Position numbers and translations under genes: made by a program. This document shows positions 1 through 10,576 of a stretch of 64,000 bases of DNA, one piece after another. The stretch is from Candidatus Bathyarchaeota archaeon (lineage in GTDB: Archaea; Thermoproteota; Bathyarchaeia; Bathyarchaeales; Bathycorpusculaceae): positions 1-64,000 of the forward strand of contig CAVZKL010000018.1 in assembly GCA_963775895.1 (NCBI GenBank), given 5' to 3'. Position 1 is the stretch's first letter. Each line of letters opens with the position of its first letter. The notes under the pieces were generated by a model. It worked only from the letters and a program-made list of their open reading frames with translations. It was not told where the DNA came from and made no database searches.

Positions 1-221
1 GCTATTGGTTGGGCCAAAATCAGGCGTGCTTTGTCATGCTTTTTTAAATCAATGCGGAAAGGCTTAAGAGGACGAATCTTTCTCGACAGATTCCCTCGTG
101 CGAAGACACTTGCTTTGGAATGGGTGCTCGACTGAGATGAGGAGTTTGTCTGTGTCCAGTAAGCAGAAATGTAACCTGTGTTGCAGGGTGTTGAGGACAA
201 GCGACTGTTTGGTCATCGGAC

Positions 222-1166
222 GTGTGGAATTTGACGAGCGATAAAGCTATCAGGGTCGAAGGACTGACCAAGCGTTACGGAGATTTGGTCGCGGTCAACG
301 GCATCTCCTTCACTGTTGACCGAGGAGAGATCTTCGCCTTTCTCGGACCTAACGGTGCGGGCAAAACCACAACCGTGGAAATGCTTGAGTGCCTTCGGAA
401 ACCCACTAGCGGTAAAGCTTTCGTTCTCGGGCTCGACATCGCAAAAGATCAGATGGCTATTAAGAAGAAGGCTGGTGTTCTGCCACAGGACTTCTACACG
501 TATGAAAGGCTTACCGTCAAAGAAACCATTCAGTACTACGGCGGCATGTTCGACAGCCATCCGGACGTTGACGGTTTGTTGAAGCTTGTGGATTTAGAAG
601 ACAAGAAAAACGTGCTCTTCAAACACTTGTCTGGAGGCTTGAAACAACGGCTGGGAATAGCCGTGGCCTTGGTCAATAACCCAGAACTGATCTTCCTGGA
701 CGAACCATCAGCAGGTCTGGACCCTAAAGCGCGCCACGGCGTGTGGCACATGATCGAAGGGCTTCATAGAGAAGGAAAGACCATTTTCCTGACGACACAT
801 TACATGGAGGAAGCAGAGATTCTTGCCGGCCGAGTGGGCATAATCCACAACGGCAACATCGTAGCCATGGATTCGCCGCAGGGGCTTATTTCCGAGTACG
901 GCAAACGCAACCTTCTCATACTCAAAAACACGAATTTGGCGGCCGTTCCAAACATAGAAAAACTCGGAATAAAAGCAAACTACGACCAGACAACGGGCGA
1001 TATTACCGTCCACCTGAATCACTCCATCGCTGTCTCTGACGTGCTTCACAGTCTGAGCGCCAGCGGCATCCCGTTCGGTGAACTTCAGGTGAAACGTTCA
1101 AGCCTTGAAGATGTCTTTCTGAATCTGACTGGAGAATCGCTCGGAGAAGAGGAGGACACTTTATGA
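222..1166 (+). CDS. ABC transporter ATP-binding protein (ABC-2/DrrA type)
   Basis: Walker A GPNGAGKTT, signature LSGGLKQR, Walker B IFLDEP, H-loop TTHYMEEA. Confidence 0.95.
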   Translation: MWNLTSDKAIRVEGLTKRYGDLVAVNGISFTVDRGEIFAFLGPNGAGKTTTVEMLECLRKPTSGKAFVLGLDIAKDQMAIKKKAGVLPQDFYTYERLTVKETIQYYGGMFDSHPDVDGLLKLVDLEDKKNVLFKHLSGGLKQRLGIAVALVNNPELIFLDEPSAGLDPKARHGVWHMIEGLHREGKTIFLTTHYMEEAEILAGRVGIIHNGNIVAMDSPQGLISEYGKRNLLILKNTNLAAVPNIEKLGIKANYDQTTGDITVHLNHSIAVSDVLHSLSASGIPFGELQVKRSSLEDVFLNLTGESLGEEEDTL

Positions 1167-2277
1167 GTCATGTAGTCATTGATCTCAAGGCCAGTGTGAG
1201 GAGTTTCGCACGAAACAAGAGCACGATTTTCTGGACGATCGCATTTCCGTCCGTGCTCATCCTTCTGTTCGGGGCCATTTTCAGCTACTCATCAGTGAAG
1301 TATGACCTCTACCTTCAGAATCAGGATCTGGTAGATGGAAAACCCACCTATTGGTCTAGTTCTCTGGTAGACGTGCTGAACTCTTCAGGCGTTTTCAACA
1401 TCCAGACTCTAAATTCCACCATCAACGCAACGGACTACGCGATAGCGAACAGGTTGAGCAGCCTTCTAATCATCCCGTCGGGTTTCAACGACTCTGCCAA
1501 TATGGCGCTTCTAACCCATACCCAGAGCCTTGAAAACGTGACTTTCGTGTACGATCAGTCCACATCCTCGGCTCCGATAGTGGGCAGCATCGTGAAGAGC
1601 ATAATCGGGAGCATCAACTTTCAACTCTCAAAGGGAGTCAACTACCTAAACGTCCAAGATCTGACGATAGCGCCGAAACGTTATGGTTACATCGACTTCT
1701 TCTTGCCAGGAATGATCGGAGTGACCGCTATGACCACGAGCATCTTCACATCAGTCTCGATCAGTGCTCAGTTCAAACAGAACGGCGTCTTCCACAAACT
1801 CGCCACGACGCCCCTGAAGCGTTACGAATGGATACTTTCCAGAACCGTCTACAACGTCCTCATAACATTTCTGGGCATGGCCGTCATGATCGTTCTAGGA
1901 GTTGCAGTGTTCGGAATGAAGATGACCATCGACGCCATCTCACTGTTCATGGTCACGATGGCTTCCCTCATGTTCACGGGTCTGGGAATGATAATCGCGA
2001 GGTTTGTGAAGGATCCTGACGGCGCGGACGCAGCAGCAAACGTGATAACCTTCCCCATGATGTTTCTCTCAGGCACGTTCTTCCCGTTGAGCCAAATGCC
2101 TTTGTTCCTGCAATCAATCGCACGCGTGCTCCCGCTCACCTACGTCAGCGATGGACTTAGGGCATCGATGATTTTGGCCAAGCGCAGACAGCCATCCTCA
2201 ACACAGGCATAGTCAGCGTGCTTGGTTTCGTGTGCATTGTCATAGGCTCATGGATAACTAAGTGGGAAGAAGACTAG
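1163..2277 (+). CDS. ABC-2 type transporter permease (frameshift near 2175)
   Basis: YIDFFLPG and FLSGTFFP motifs, multiple TM segments; last TM helix continues in another frame (AILNTGIVSVLGFVCIVIGSWITKWEED*) to TAG at 2275-2277. Confidence 0.88.
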
Positions 2278-2350
2278 CAACCAACGCGCACTCTTGTGAG
2301 TATGCCGTGTGTGCGGTGAGATTAAATAGTGTGGGGCTTAGTGCGTTTGT

Positions 2351-2821
2351 GTGAGGTGGCTGAGTTTGGGTAAGGCGTTGGTTGTCTATGACAGTGTGTA
2401 CGGTAATACTGAGAAGGTTGCGAGGGCTTTGGCGAAGGGGTTGGAAGACGGTGGAGTTGATGTTGACTGTGTGCGGGTTGATGCGGCAAAGTTTGATGAA
2501 TTGAGTAGGTATGATTTGTTGGTTGTTGGTAGTCCTGTTCATGCTTGGAGTGCTTCGAAACCGATAAAGGCGTTTCTGGAGCGTTTGAAGAGTGTGGAAG
2601 GCTTGAGTGGAAAGAAGGCGTTTGCGTTTGACACTAAGATGAGTAGGAGTAGGTTGGCTGGAAGTGCCGGAGGAAAGATTGAGGGAAAGTTGAAGAGTTT
2701 GGGCTTGACGATTGTTAAGCCTCATGCTTCGGCGGTTGTGAAGGGTAGAGAGGGGCCGCTCGAAGAGGGCGCGGAAGAAACATTCAAACAATTAGGCGCA
2801 GAGTTAGCCAAGATGATGTAG
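2351..2821 (+). CDS. Flavodoxin-like protein
   Basis: VVYDSVYGNTEKVA FMN-binding loop, LLVVGSP, AFAFDT. Confidence 0.9.
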   Translation: MRWLSLGKALVVYDSVYGNTEKVARALAKGLEDGGVDVDCVRVDAAKFDELSRYDLLVVGSPVHAWSASKPIKAFLERLKSVEGLSGKKAFAFDTKMSRSRLAGSAGGKIEGKLKSLGLTIVKPHASAVVKGREGPLEEGAEETFKQLGAELAKMM

Positions 2822-3001
2822 CGCGCGCTCTACCATACGTATGGGACACGTGTTTTGAAGGGACCCGTATACAAAAGCATCAACGAAACACACAAAAAAG
2901 GGACCAGCCCAGAAGAAAAGCCCAAAAGCCGAGACCGTCCATCCCAAACACTTTGCTGAGCCGGTGATACTCAAGGATCATCTTAGAATGGCAGAAGACC
3001 T

Positions 3002-3092
3002 AACCGCACGCGTGCATATTTGGATCCTAATATTCATGATACATTGAAACCGAGGAGGGGAGGTACACAATAAGCCTTTTTTCAGCGAATAA
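3002..3092 (+). repeat. Dispersed ~91-bp non-coding element, copy 1 (inverted copy at 28897-28988)
   Basis: AACCGCACGCGTGCATATTTGGATCCTAATATTCATGATACATTGAAACCGAGGAGGGGAGGTACACAAT matches the reverse complement of 28918-28988 with 1 substitution and 1 indel; CAGCGAATAA follows 11 nt later in both. Confidence 0.92.
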
Positions 3093-3113
3093 ACGCAACA
3101 GCGCAACGCGCGA

Positions 3114-3512
3114 CTATTTGGTCCTCATTATCTTGAGTCTACCAAGAATCTTCCAGTACTCGATCTCAACGCCGGGAGCAAGCTTAGACTTCAACTCTTC
3201 CTCCACCGGATAAGGAGCATCAAAATACTCGTAAGTCTCCAAATCCATAATCTGAACACCATTAGGATTAACCGCGAACACCTGCCCCATCCTCTTATCA
3301 ATAATCGGCACTTCCGCACCAAGATCAACCGGCTTAACAAACTGACGCTTCTGCCCATCAAAAACGCCGATAGCCACTATCCTAAACTTCGCAGAACCGT
3401 GCTTACCAGGCTTCGACTTCGTAATGTCAACGATATGACAAGGCTCCCCATCAATAATCATGTAACCCCCAACACGCAGACTCCCAACGTCAACAGGCTT
3501 GCTCATGCACAC
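3114..3512 (-). CDS. eif5a: Translation factor aIF5A
   Basis: Hypusine motif SKPGKHGSAK. Confidence 0.97.
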   Translation of the reverse strand: MCMSKPVDVGSLRVGGYMIIDGEPCHIVDITKSKPGKHGSAKFRIVAIGVFDGQKRQFVKPVDLGAEVPIIDKRMGQVFAVNPNGVQIMDLETYEYFDAPYPVEEELKSKLAPGVEIEYWKILGRLKIMRTK

Positions 3513-3585
3513 ACCAACACGACACGGTTATATCCACAGCAATTTTAAACAACACCCATATATAGCTTAAGGTGAGGCTACCACG

Positions 3586-4440
3586 CTGAAGACACAAAAC
3601 CAGTTCAAAACCGTCGGCCTAGTCGCACGCTACGACAAGAAAAAAGCCGTCAAACTAGCAGAAGACCTCGCCAACTACCTCACAACCCAAGGATTAGACG
3701 TCTACGCAGAAGAAACCCTAGTCACCAAAACAGGCATCAAAACAGCATCCGTCCCACTGAAACAAATGAAAACCGACCTCATAATAACCTTAGGCGGAGA
3801 CGGCACAATACTCCGAACCTGCATCACCATCCCCAAACCGGAACCACCCATACTCGCAATAAACATGGGCGTCAGAGGCTTTCTAACAGAAATCGAACCC
3901 AAAAACGCCCTCAAAGCAGTCGACAAAATCCTCAGCGGCAACTTCAAAACCGAAAAATACATGAAACTCTCCATAACCGCGAACGGACTAAACTTCCCCG
4001 ACGCCCTAAACGAAGTCGTAATCTCCCCCGACGAACCAGCAAAACTACTCTACGCCCGCATACTCAAAGACACAGAAACCATCCTGGACTGCCAATCAGA
4101 CGGCCTCATGGTCGCCACCCAAACAGGCTCCACAGGATACTCCCTATCGGCCGGAGGACCCGTCCTAGACCCAGGCGTCAACGCCTTCGTCATCACGCCA
4201 ATAATCCCACTCAGCATCTTCCGACCCATCGTCTTCCCAAGCAACACACAATTAACAATCGAAGTAATCAAATCGAGAAGAACACAGATACTAGTAGACG
4301 GACACTACAGACAAATCGCAACCTCAAAACTTCCCCGCATAAAGATCACCCGCTCAAAAAACGAAACCTCATTCATCAGATTCACACACAACTTCTACGA
4401 CCGCCTGAGAAACAGACTGTTCTTCAAAGGAATCAGGTGA
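3586..4440 (+). CDS. nadK: NAD(+) kinase (probable CTG start at 3586)
   Basis: LGGDGT, ALNE and TQTGSTGYSLSAGGP motifs; frame stays open upstream of the listed ATG (FKTVGLVARYD) to CTG 3586, preceded by GGTGAGG. Confidence 0.93.
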   Translation: MKTQNQFKTVGLVARYDKKKAVKLAEDLANYLTTQGLDVYAEETLVTKTGIKTASVPLKQMKTDLIITLGGDGTILRTCITIPKPEPPILAINMGVRGFLTEIEPKNALKAVDKILSGNFKTEKYMKLSITANGLNFPDALNEVVISPDEPAKLLYARILKDTETILDCQSDGLMVATQTGSTGYSLSAGGPVLDPGVNAFVITPIIPLSIFRPIVFPSNTQLTIEVIKSRRTQILVDGHYRQIATSKLPRIKITRSKNETSFIRFTHNFYDRLRNRLFFKGIR

Positions 4441-4975
4441 AAAACCATCACAAACCCCACCCGGAAAAAGGGCCATAGTCCTCGACACCTCGGCTCTCGT
4501 CGCGGGGTTCGATCCTTTTTCGATATGCGAAGAACAGTACACAGTCCCAGCCGTGAAGGACGAAATTCTACGAAAATCCATCTCTGGCTTCAGATTCGAA
4601 ACCGCTCAAGAAAGCGGCAAGATAAAAATCGAAAACCCCCAAGAACAATTCCTAAAAACCGCCAAAAAAGCAGCCTCCGAAGTGGGCGACGCATTCTTCC
4701 TATCAGAAGCAGACATCCAAGTTCTAGCTCTAGCCCTTCAGTTGAGAGCATGCGGCTACACACCCCTGATCGCAACGGACGACTACTCGATACAGAACGT
4801 TGCAAAACAGGCCCAGATAGAATTCGCTCCACTCGCCACGTTCGGAATCCGCCGCCGCCTAGAATGGATGCGTTACTGCCCCGCATGCCACAAGACCTAC
4901 TCCAACAACTATAGGTCCTCGAAATGCGAAATCTGCGGAACAGACTTGAAGAGGAAACCACTGAGAAAAACATAA
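4437..4975 (+). CDS. nob1: Nob1-type PIN endonuclease with C-terminal Zn ribbon (start uncertain, probable indel)
   Basis: AIVLDTSAL upstream in frame, LSEAD, TDDYSIQNVA, CPAC...CEICG. Confidence 0.88.
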
Positions 4976-5042
4976 ACGGACAAGCAGCCTCAAACTATGA
5001 AACAGTCCTGGACATCAAGTTCACAATAAACGAGGAAGAATC

Positions 5043-5618
5043 TTGAGTTCCATTAGAAAAACCACTCTGTACTTCGAAAAAGCGGGCGCACAGAACACTA
5101 AAGCCCTTCTCGAGTTCGCCAAGAAATACGTTGAAAAAGAGCATGTAAAAGACATCGTCGTTGCATCAACCTCAGGCCGCACGGGAGCGCAAGCAGTCAA
5201 AGTCTTCAAAGGCTGCAACGTGGTAGTCGTTACCCACGCATACGGATTTAAAGAACCTGGAAAGAACGAGCTTCAACAGGATTATGAAAAGAAGATACTT
5301 TCAAAAGGTGGCAAAATCTTCTCAGGAACCCACGCATTGAGCAGCGCCGAACGAGCCGTACGTAAAGATTTTGGTACGATTCAACCTTTGGAACTGATAG
5401 CAAACGTTCTCAGAAGATTCGGTGATGGAACGAAGGTTTGTATCGAGATAACGCTCATGGCAGCCGATGCAGGACTTGCCCCAGTGGACAAAGACATCGT
5501 AGCAATCGGCGGAACTGGACACGGCGCTGACACCGCACTTTGCATACGTCCAGCAAACGCAGCCAAGTTCTTCGACCTGAAGGTTAAGGAAGTAATAGCA
5601 AAGCCTCTGGACTTCTGA
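5043..5618 (+). CDS. Stand-alone pyruvate kinase C-terminal-like domain protein (MTH1675 family)
   Basis: YFEKAGAQNT, IVVASTSGRTG, KVCIEITLMAADAG, IGGTGHGADTA. Confidence 0.85.
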   Translation: MSSIRKTTLYFEKAGAQNTKALLEFAKKYVEKEHVKDIVVASTSGRTGAQAVKVFKGCNVVVVTHAYGFKEPGKNELQQDYEKKILSKGGKIFSGTHALSSAERAVRKDFGTIQPLELIANVLRRFGDGTKVCIEITLMAADAGLAPVDKDIVAIGGTGHGADTALCIRPANAAKFFDLKVKEVIAKPLDF

Positions 5619-5671
5619 GCGAGATACGACCTCAACTCTCACTGCCGTATTCAACGGAAGGACTCTTTTGT

Positions 5672-6100
5672 CTAGACATCACCGCTGTCCCGCTTACAAA
5701 AGTACAATATGTCATCATGCATAACGTAGCCGCTCTCCTCAAAAAGACGCCGCGAAGCAGTGTTAGAAGCCTCAACGAGCACGCAGAAGATACGCATACC
5801 GTCCTTTCTCAGCAATCTCTCACATTCACTGATCAGAGCCTTGGCGACTCCGCGTTTTCTGTAAGCAGCATCCACCGCCAACCGGTTTATCCAGCCTTTC
5901 CGCAGATCGCAGCTTATTATTGCCGTTCCCACCAATCGTCCGTCTTCAAAGGCGCCTAGAAAATAGTCGGGATGAAACTTCATCTCTTTAGAAATGGCCT
6001 TTTTACTGTCGCGACCTTTTGGTTTGAAGGGCAAGTCTGCCCTAGACCAAAGACTGATCATTTCCTCATAGTCTGCAATTGATAATCTTCGAATTTCCAT
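5672..6100 (-). CDS. GNAT family N-acetyltransferase
   Basis: RLAVDAAYRKRGVA acetyl-CoA motif A; N..SRRLFEESGY. Confidence 0.9.
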   Translation of the reverse strand: MEIRRLSIADYEEMISLWSRADLPFKPKGRDSKKAISKEMKFHPDYFLGAFEDGRLVGTAIISCDLRKGWINRLAVDAAYRKRGVAKALISECERLLRKDGMRIFCVLVEASNTASRRLFEESGYVMHDDILYFCKRDSGDV

Positions 6101-6121
6101 TTCAACACGTTAGATCGTGTG

Positions 6122-7460
6122 TCACTTCTCTTTTTCAACCTGTCTCGTAGCGTCTTCAATTATGTCCAGAGCAGAGTCGACAAGGTCTTTCGTGATTATC
6201 AAGGGCGGCGCAATCCTGATCGTCGAAACACCGCAAGAAATCACGTTAACGCCTCTTTTCCATGAACGCATCATTATCTCGTTCACCTTCGCAGGAGCAG
6301 GCTTCTTAGTTTCCTTGCTCTCAACGATTTCCATGCCAATCATCAAACCCTTGCCTCTGACGTCGCCAACGATATCACACTTTTCCTCAAGTTCAGTGAG
6401 CCTCTTCATGATGTGCGCGCCCTGTTTCGTTGCATTTTCCAAGAAGCCTCTCTTCTTTGATAACGTCGATCACAGCGCTTGCGGCGACGCAGGATAGCGG
6501 GTTTCCACCAAACGTGCTCGCATGAGAACCAGGAACCCAATCCATAACCTTTGCCTTAGCTATCATTGCCCCTAAAGGAAGCCCGGAAGCCAACGCCTTT
6601 GACGCGCAAACTATGTCTGGCTCAACGCCCCAGTGTTCAATTGCAAACCATTTTCCAGTTCTGCCCATGCCCGATTGCACTTCGTCGTCTATGAACAAGA
6701 GCCCATACTTGTCGGCAAGCTTCTTCAAGCGCTGGAAGTATTCTGGAGGTGGAACAACGTATCCACCTTCACCCTGTATCGGTTCAACCAGTATCGCAGC
6801 CGTGTCCTCAGGAGGCACGTACTTCTGTAGAACATATTCATCGATGAAATTCACACACCAGTAGTCGCATTCGGGGTAGGTCAGTTTGTACGGGCACCTG
6901 TAACAGTATCCGTAGGGCACGTGGGTTACTCCCGGCATAAGCGGGAAGAAATAGCGCCTTTGAGCAGGTTTGCTTCCAGTGAAAGAAAGTGCGCCCACCG
7001 TCCGTCCGTGAAAAGCACTTATGAACGCTATGAAAAGCTGCCTACGACTGTGCCATTTCGCAAGCTTCACTGCAGCTTCAACAGCCTCGGCCCCACTGTT
7101 GCCGAAAGAGACTTTCTTTTCAGGACTTCCAGGCGTTATATGCGCAAGCTTGTCGGCCAGTTCAACTACTTCCTTGTAGTAGAAGTCTGTGTTCGAGTAA
7201 TGCAAGAACCGGTCGCATTGATTCTTTATGGCGTTAACTACCTTGGGATGACCATGGCCTACATTCATACACACTAGGCCCGAGTTGAAGTCTATGTATT
7301 CGTTTCCATCAACGTCCGTTATGATGCAACCTTTGCCTCCCTCCACCACAAGCGGGTAGAATCGGCCATAGGATGGTGAAATGAGACTTTCATCCTTTTT
7401 CACGAGTTCTCTTGCTTTAGGGCCAGGAGGAGTAACGACAATTCTAGGGTAGCTGTCCAT
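6122..7460 (-). CDS. Class III PLP aminotransferase (acetylornithine/4-aminobutyrate type), frameshift near 6440
   Basis: NSGAEAVE, FHGRT, EPIQGEGG, DEVQSGMGRTG, HASTFGGNP; C-terminus (DVRGKGLMIG...IRIAPPL) in ORF 6122-6442. Confidence 0.92.
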
Positions 7461-7561
7461 TCAGATCACCAGTTGGAGCTAGACGTTTAGAAAAAGACAG
7501 TTTATATAACTATCTGTACAACCTCGACGGAAGATTACATGAAACATCCGAAGACATGCGC

Positions 7562-8482
7562 TCATGGTTTTGTGTAGAGAGCAAGGTCTGGCGTAGCAGT
7601 CAACCTGCGATACTTATCCCAGTCTTCGTCAACCCATTTTTGGATTTTCTCCACATCCTCCGCTGACAACCCGCGGAATCTTCCTTGCAATGCGAAATAT
7701 TCCTTGATTGGTTTGCGTTTGCTCTTGTCGAAAAGTCTATCGCTGGGCGAGTTGAGCTTGAATTTCCCATCTTCGATTTCGTAGAGCGCCCATAAACCAC
7801 TAAGCACTGCAAGCTTGCCCAACTCTATTGTTTTGCTGGTGTCGTAGCGCCATCCTGTCGGACAGGGTGCGAGCAGATGAATGTACTTAGTTCCCCTGAT
7901 CTCTCGGGCTTTCCTAACCTTGTTGACGAAGTCTAATGGATATGATGTGCACGTTGTTGCCACATAAGGAATTCTGTGCGCGGCCATTATAAGAGGCATG
8001 TCTTTCTTGCGTTCTCTTTTTCCAGTCGGCGTGGTAGTCGTCCAAGCACCGTATGGTGTGGCTCCACTACGTTGCATTCCGGTGTTGCCGTAGGCTTCGT
8101 TGTCATAACATATGTAGATGAAGTCCGTTCCTCTTTCAGCTGCTCCTGAGAGAGCTTGAATTCCTATGTCGACTGTTCCCCCGTCTCCAGCCCAACTTAC
8201 GACAGTGACATCATCGATTTTCCGCTGTTTCAAAGCTGCAACGATACCGGAGGCTCCTGCGGCGGCCGATTCGAACAGTATGTTTTGAAGTGGAACGGCA
8301 GAGGAAGTGTAGGGATAAGGTCCCTGAATCACTGTGGTGCAGCAAGCAGGAACCACTAGTATTACCTTCCTGCCTAAGGTCTTGAGAAGCAGGCGAAGTG
8401 AAACGGCTGGGCCGCAGCCTGCACATGCGGCGTGCCCTTTAAGCAGATATTCTTCTCTAGGAAGTTCCTTTATAGTCGCCAT
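7562..8482 (-). CDS. porB: Pyruvate/2-oxoacid:ferredoxin oxidoreductase beta subunit
   Basis: GHAACAGCG, TPP motif GDGG...YDNEAYGNTG, PCPTGW. Confidence 0.94.
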   Translation of the reverse strand: MATIKELPREEYLLKGHAACAGCGPAVSLRLLLKTLGRKVILVVPACCTTVIQGPYPYTSSAVPLQNILFESAAAGASGIVAALKQRKIDDVTVVSWAGDGGTVDIGIQALSGAAERGTDFIYICYDNEAYGNTGMQRSGATPYGAWTTTTPTGKRERKKDMPLIMAAHRIPYVATTCTSYPLDFVNKVRKAREIRGTKYIHLLAPCPTGWRYDTSKTIELGKLAVLSGLWALYEIEDGKFKLNSPSDRLFDKSKRKPIKEYFALQGRFRGLSAEDVEKIQKWVDEDWDKYRRLTATPDLALYTKP

Positions 8483-8488
8483 TCACGG

Positions 8489-9667
8489 TCACTCCTTCAA
8501 ATCAACCCACTCAGTTCCGTTCTCAAGTCTGCCTTCGCGCATGGTTTTCAACGATTTCTTGGCCATTCGTTCAATGGTCTCCGATGTAACGTCTCTTCCT
8601 CCCAAGCCCGCTATGAAGCTGGCGATAATTGGTCTGTCTTTCCGGTCAAACAGTGCAGCCTTAGTCTCTGAGGCTAGGAAACCTTCCATGCCGAAGGATA
8701 TGTGCCGGTCAATAGTTGAGATCATCTGAACATTTTCAGCAAGGTTGAGAATGTCCTCAACAGGATAGGGCCGATAGACGCGAAGTCTTGCGGAACCTAC
8801 CTTTTGTCCTTCCTTGCGCAGCTTGTCAACAGTCAGTTTTGCTTCACTGCCCATGGTGCCCATCGTCAGCATTACCAAATCTGCGTCTTCGCATCGATAT
8901 TTCTCGATTAGTCCACCGTACTCTCGGCCGAATTGCCTACCGTACTCTTTATCAATTTTCGGAATCAGATGCTTAGCGTTTTCCATAGCTTCCTGTATCA
9001 TATATCGGAATTCCATGTAATAATCTGGGGAAACCAGGTTTGCGTGGGAGTAGGGTTTATCGATGTTCAACATCCATCCTGACTTGTACGCGGGGAGAAA
9101 CGCGTCTATCTCCTCTTGGTCTGGAATACTGACTGGGGCGTACGTGTGGGAGAGAATGAACCCTTCAAGGCAGACCATTGCTGGCAGAAAGACTTGCTCG
9201 TTTTCGCAAAGTTTGTAGGCTTGGATGATGGTGTCGAAGACTTCTTGGTTGTCAGCGCAGTAGAACTGCATCCAGCCTGTGTCTCGCTGAGAGAGAGAAT
9301 CGCTGAAGTCCGGCATTATGCTCCAAGGAGCCCCCATAGCACGGTTGACAACCGCCATCACTATCGGCAAGCGTGAGCCCGAAGCCCATTGCAAGGCTTC
9401 ATGCATAAGTGCCAACCCATGGGCGGAAGTTGCAGTGAACGTTCTGACCCCCGCTGCGGCCGCGCCTATGCACGCCACCATGGCGCTGTGTTCAGATTCC
9501 ACACGAATGTACTCTGCATCCATTTCCCCTGACTCCACAAAATCAGCTATCTTCTCGACAATTGTTGTCTGTGGAGTGATAGGATATGCAGCGACAACCT
9601 TCACTCTTGCATTTTTCGCAGCGTAACCTGCTACGTGGTTTGCCGTGTCCACTATCATTTTGGCCAT
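8489..9667 (-). CDS. porA: Pyruvate/2-oxoacid:ferredoxin oxidoreductase alpha subunit
   Basis: AYPITPQT, VESEHSA, VNRA motifs. Confidence 0.94.
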   Translation of the reverse strand: MAKMIVDTANHVAGYAAKNARVKVVAAYPITPQTTIVEKIADFVESGEMDAEYIRVESEHSAMVACIGAAAAGVRTFTATSAHGLALMHEALQWASGSRLPIVMAVVNRAMGAPWSIMPDFSDSLSQRDTGWMQFYCADNQEVFDTIIQAYKLCENEQVFLPAMVCLEGFILSHTYAPVSIPDQEEIDAFLPAYKSGWMLNIDKPYSHANLVSPDYYMEFRYMIQEAMENAKHLIPKIDKEYGRQFGREYGGLIEKYRCEDADLVMLTMGTMGSEAKLTVDKLRKEGQKVGSARLRVYRPYPVEDILNLAENVQMISTIDRHISFGMEGFLASETKAALFDRKDRPIIASFIAGLGGRDVTSETIERMAKKSLKTMREGRLENGTEWVDLKE

Positions 9668-9949
9668 TTACTCCTCCTCCCTTTTCATAGTGATTGCTTT
9701 TGTCGGACACTCGTTGGCACAAATCCCACAGCCCTTGCAATAATCATAATCAATTCTGGGTGAGTCGTCTTCCTCTCGAACTATAGCGGCGTCTGGACAA
9801 TAGATCCAGCAAAGAGTGCAACGCGTGCATTTTGCGTTGTTCACTTCTGGACGAAAAGTCCTCCAAGATCCTGTCTTTCCCATGCTGCCTTCAGTTGGCG
9901 AAGACAGAGGGGTAATAGGAAGAGTCCTCCTACTTTTCTGAGTTGTCAT
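9668..9949 (-). CDS. porD: Pyruvate/2-oxoacid:ferredoxin oxidoreductase delta subunit (2x[4Fe-4S])
   Basis: TGSWRTFRP, CTRCTLCWIYCPD, DYDYCKGCGICANECP. Confidence 0.95.
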   Translation of the reverse strand: MTTQKSRRTLPITPLSSPTEGSMGKTGSWRTFRPEVNNAKCTRCTLCWIYCPDAAIVREEDDSPRIDYDYCKGCGICANECPTKAITMKREEE

Positions 9950-9957
9950 CTAGCTTC

Positions 9958-10518
9958 TCACTCCCACCACTTGACCAACCGTTCATAGGCCAGTTCTGTA
10001 GCCTTCATGTTCTTCTCTCCGGCCGCACCCGGCCAAGTTTCCTGCACGGCTTTTAATACGCTGCCCAGTTTCACTTCGTCGGTTGCCTTGGCAAAAGCGC
10101 CCAAAATAGACGTGTTAACAAGTGGTTGACCAGCGACAACCAAGTTGAGTTCAAGGGCTATGCCAGTTGCATCAACAGAAGCAACCCGCCAGCAGCTCAA
10201 CCCCATTTCCTCCGGCCTCTTCTTCGTGTTAATGACAACTGCTCCGTTCTTCTTCAAGCCTTCAGTGACGTCAACAACTTTGTAGATGTAGGGATCCAGG
10301 ACTATGACGTAATCAGGATTGTAGACCTGACTATGAACAAGTATTGGTTCACTGCTCAGTCTCGCAAAGGCTTTCACTGGCGCCCCACGCCGCTCAGCTC
10401 CAAAATACGGAAACGCTTGAACCGACTTACCCTCGATAAAAGCCGCATGAGCCAAAATCTCAGCCGCGGTGACACTGCCCTGTCCACCTCGACCGTGGAT
10501 CCTGATCTCCTTGAGCAA
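9958..10518 (-). CDS. porG: Pyruvate/2-oxoacid:ferredoxin oxidoreductase gamma subunit
   Basis: EIRIHGRGGQG, FGAERRGAPV. Confidence 0.95.
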   Translation of the reverse strand: MLKEIRIHGRGGQGSVTAAEILAHAAFIEGKSVQAFPYFGAERRGAPVKAFARLSSEPILVHSQVYNPDYVIVLDPYIYKVVDVTEGLKKNGAVVINTKKRPEEMGLSCWRVASVDATGIALELNLVVAGQPLVNTSILGAFAKATDEVKLGSVLKAVQETWPGAAGEKNMKATELAYERLVKWWE

Positions 10519-10576
10519 ACCTTCTCACTTCCGCTGAGAAATGAACCATGGACAAGCCAGCCTTATTAGTGTTAGC

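Noticed and set aside
2286-2831. CGCGCACTCT / CGCGCGCTCT as a target-site duplication around flavodoxin
   Set aside because: Only 9 of 10 identical, no terminal repeats or transposase; compatible with chance
3035-3050. ATTGAAAC resembling a CRISPR repeat 3' end
   Set aside because: Only two copies, 26 kb apart and inverted; no repeat-spacer periodicity and no cas genes
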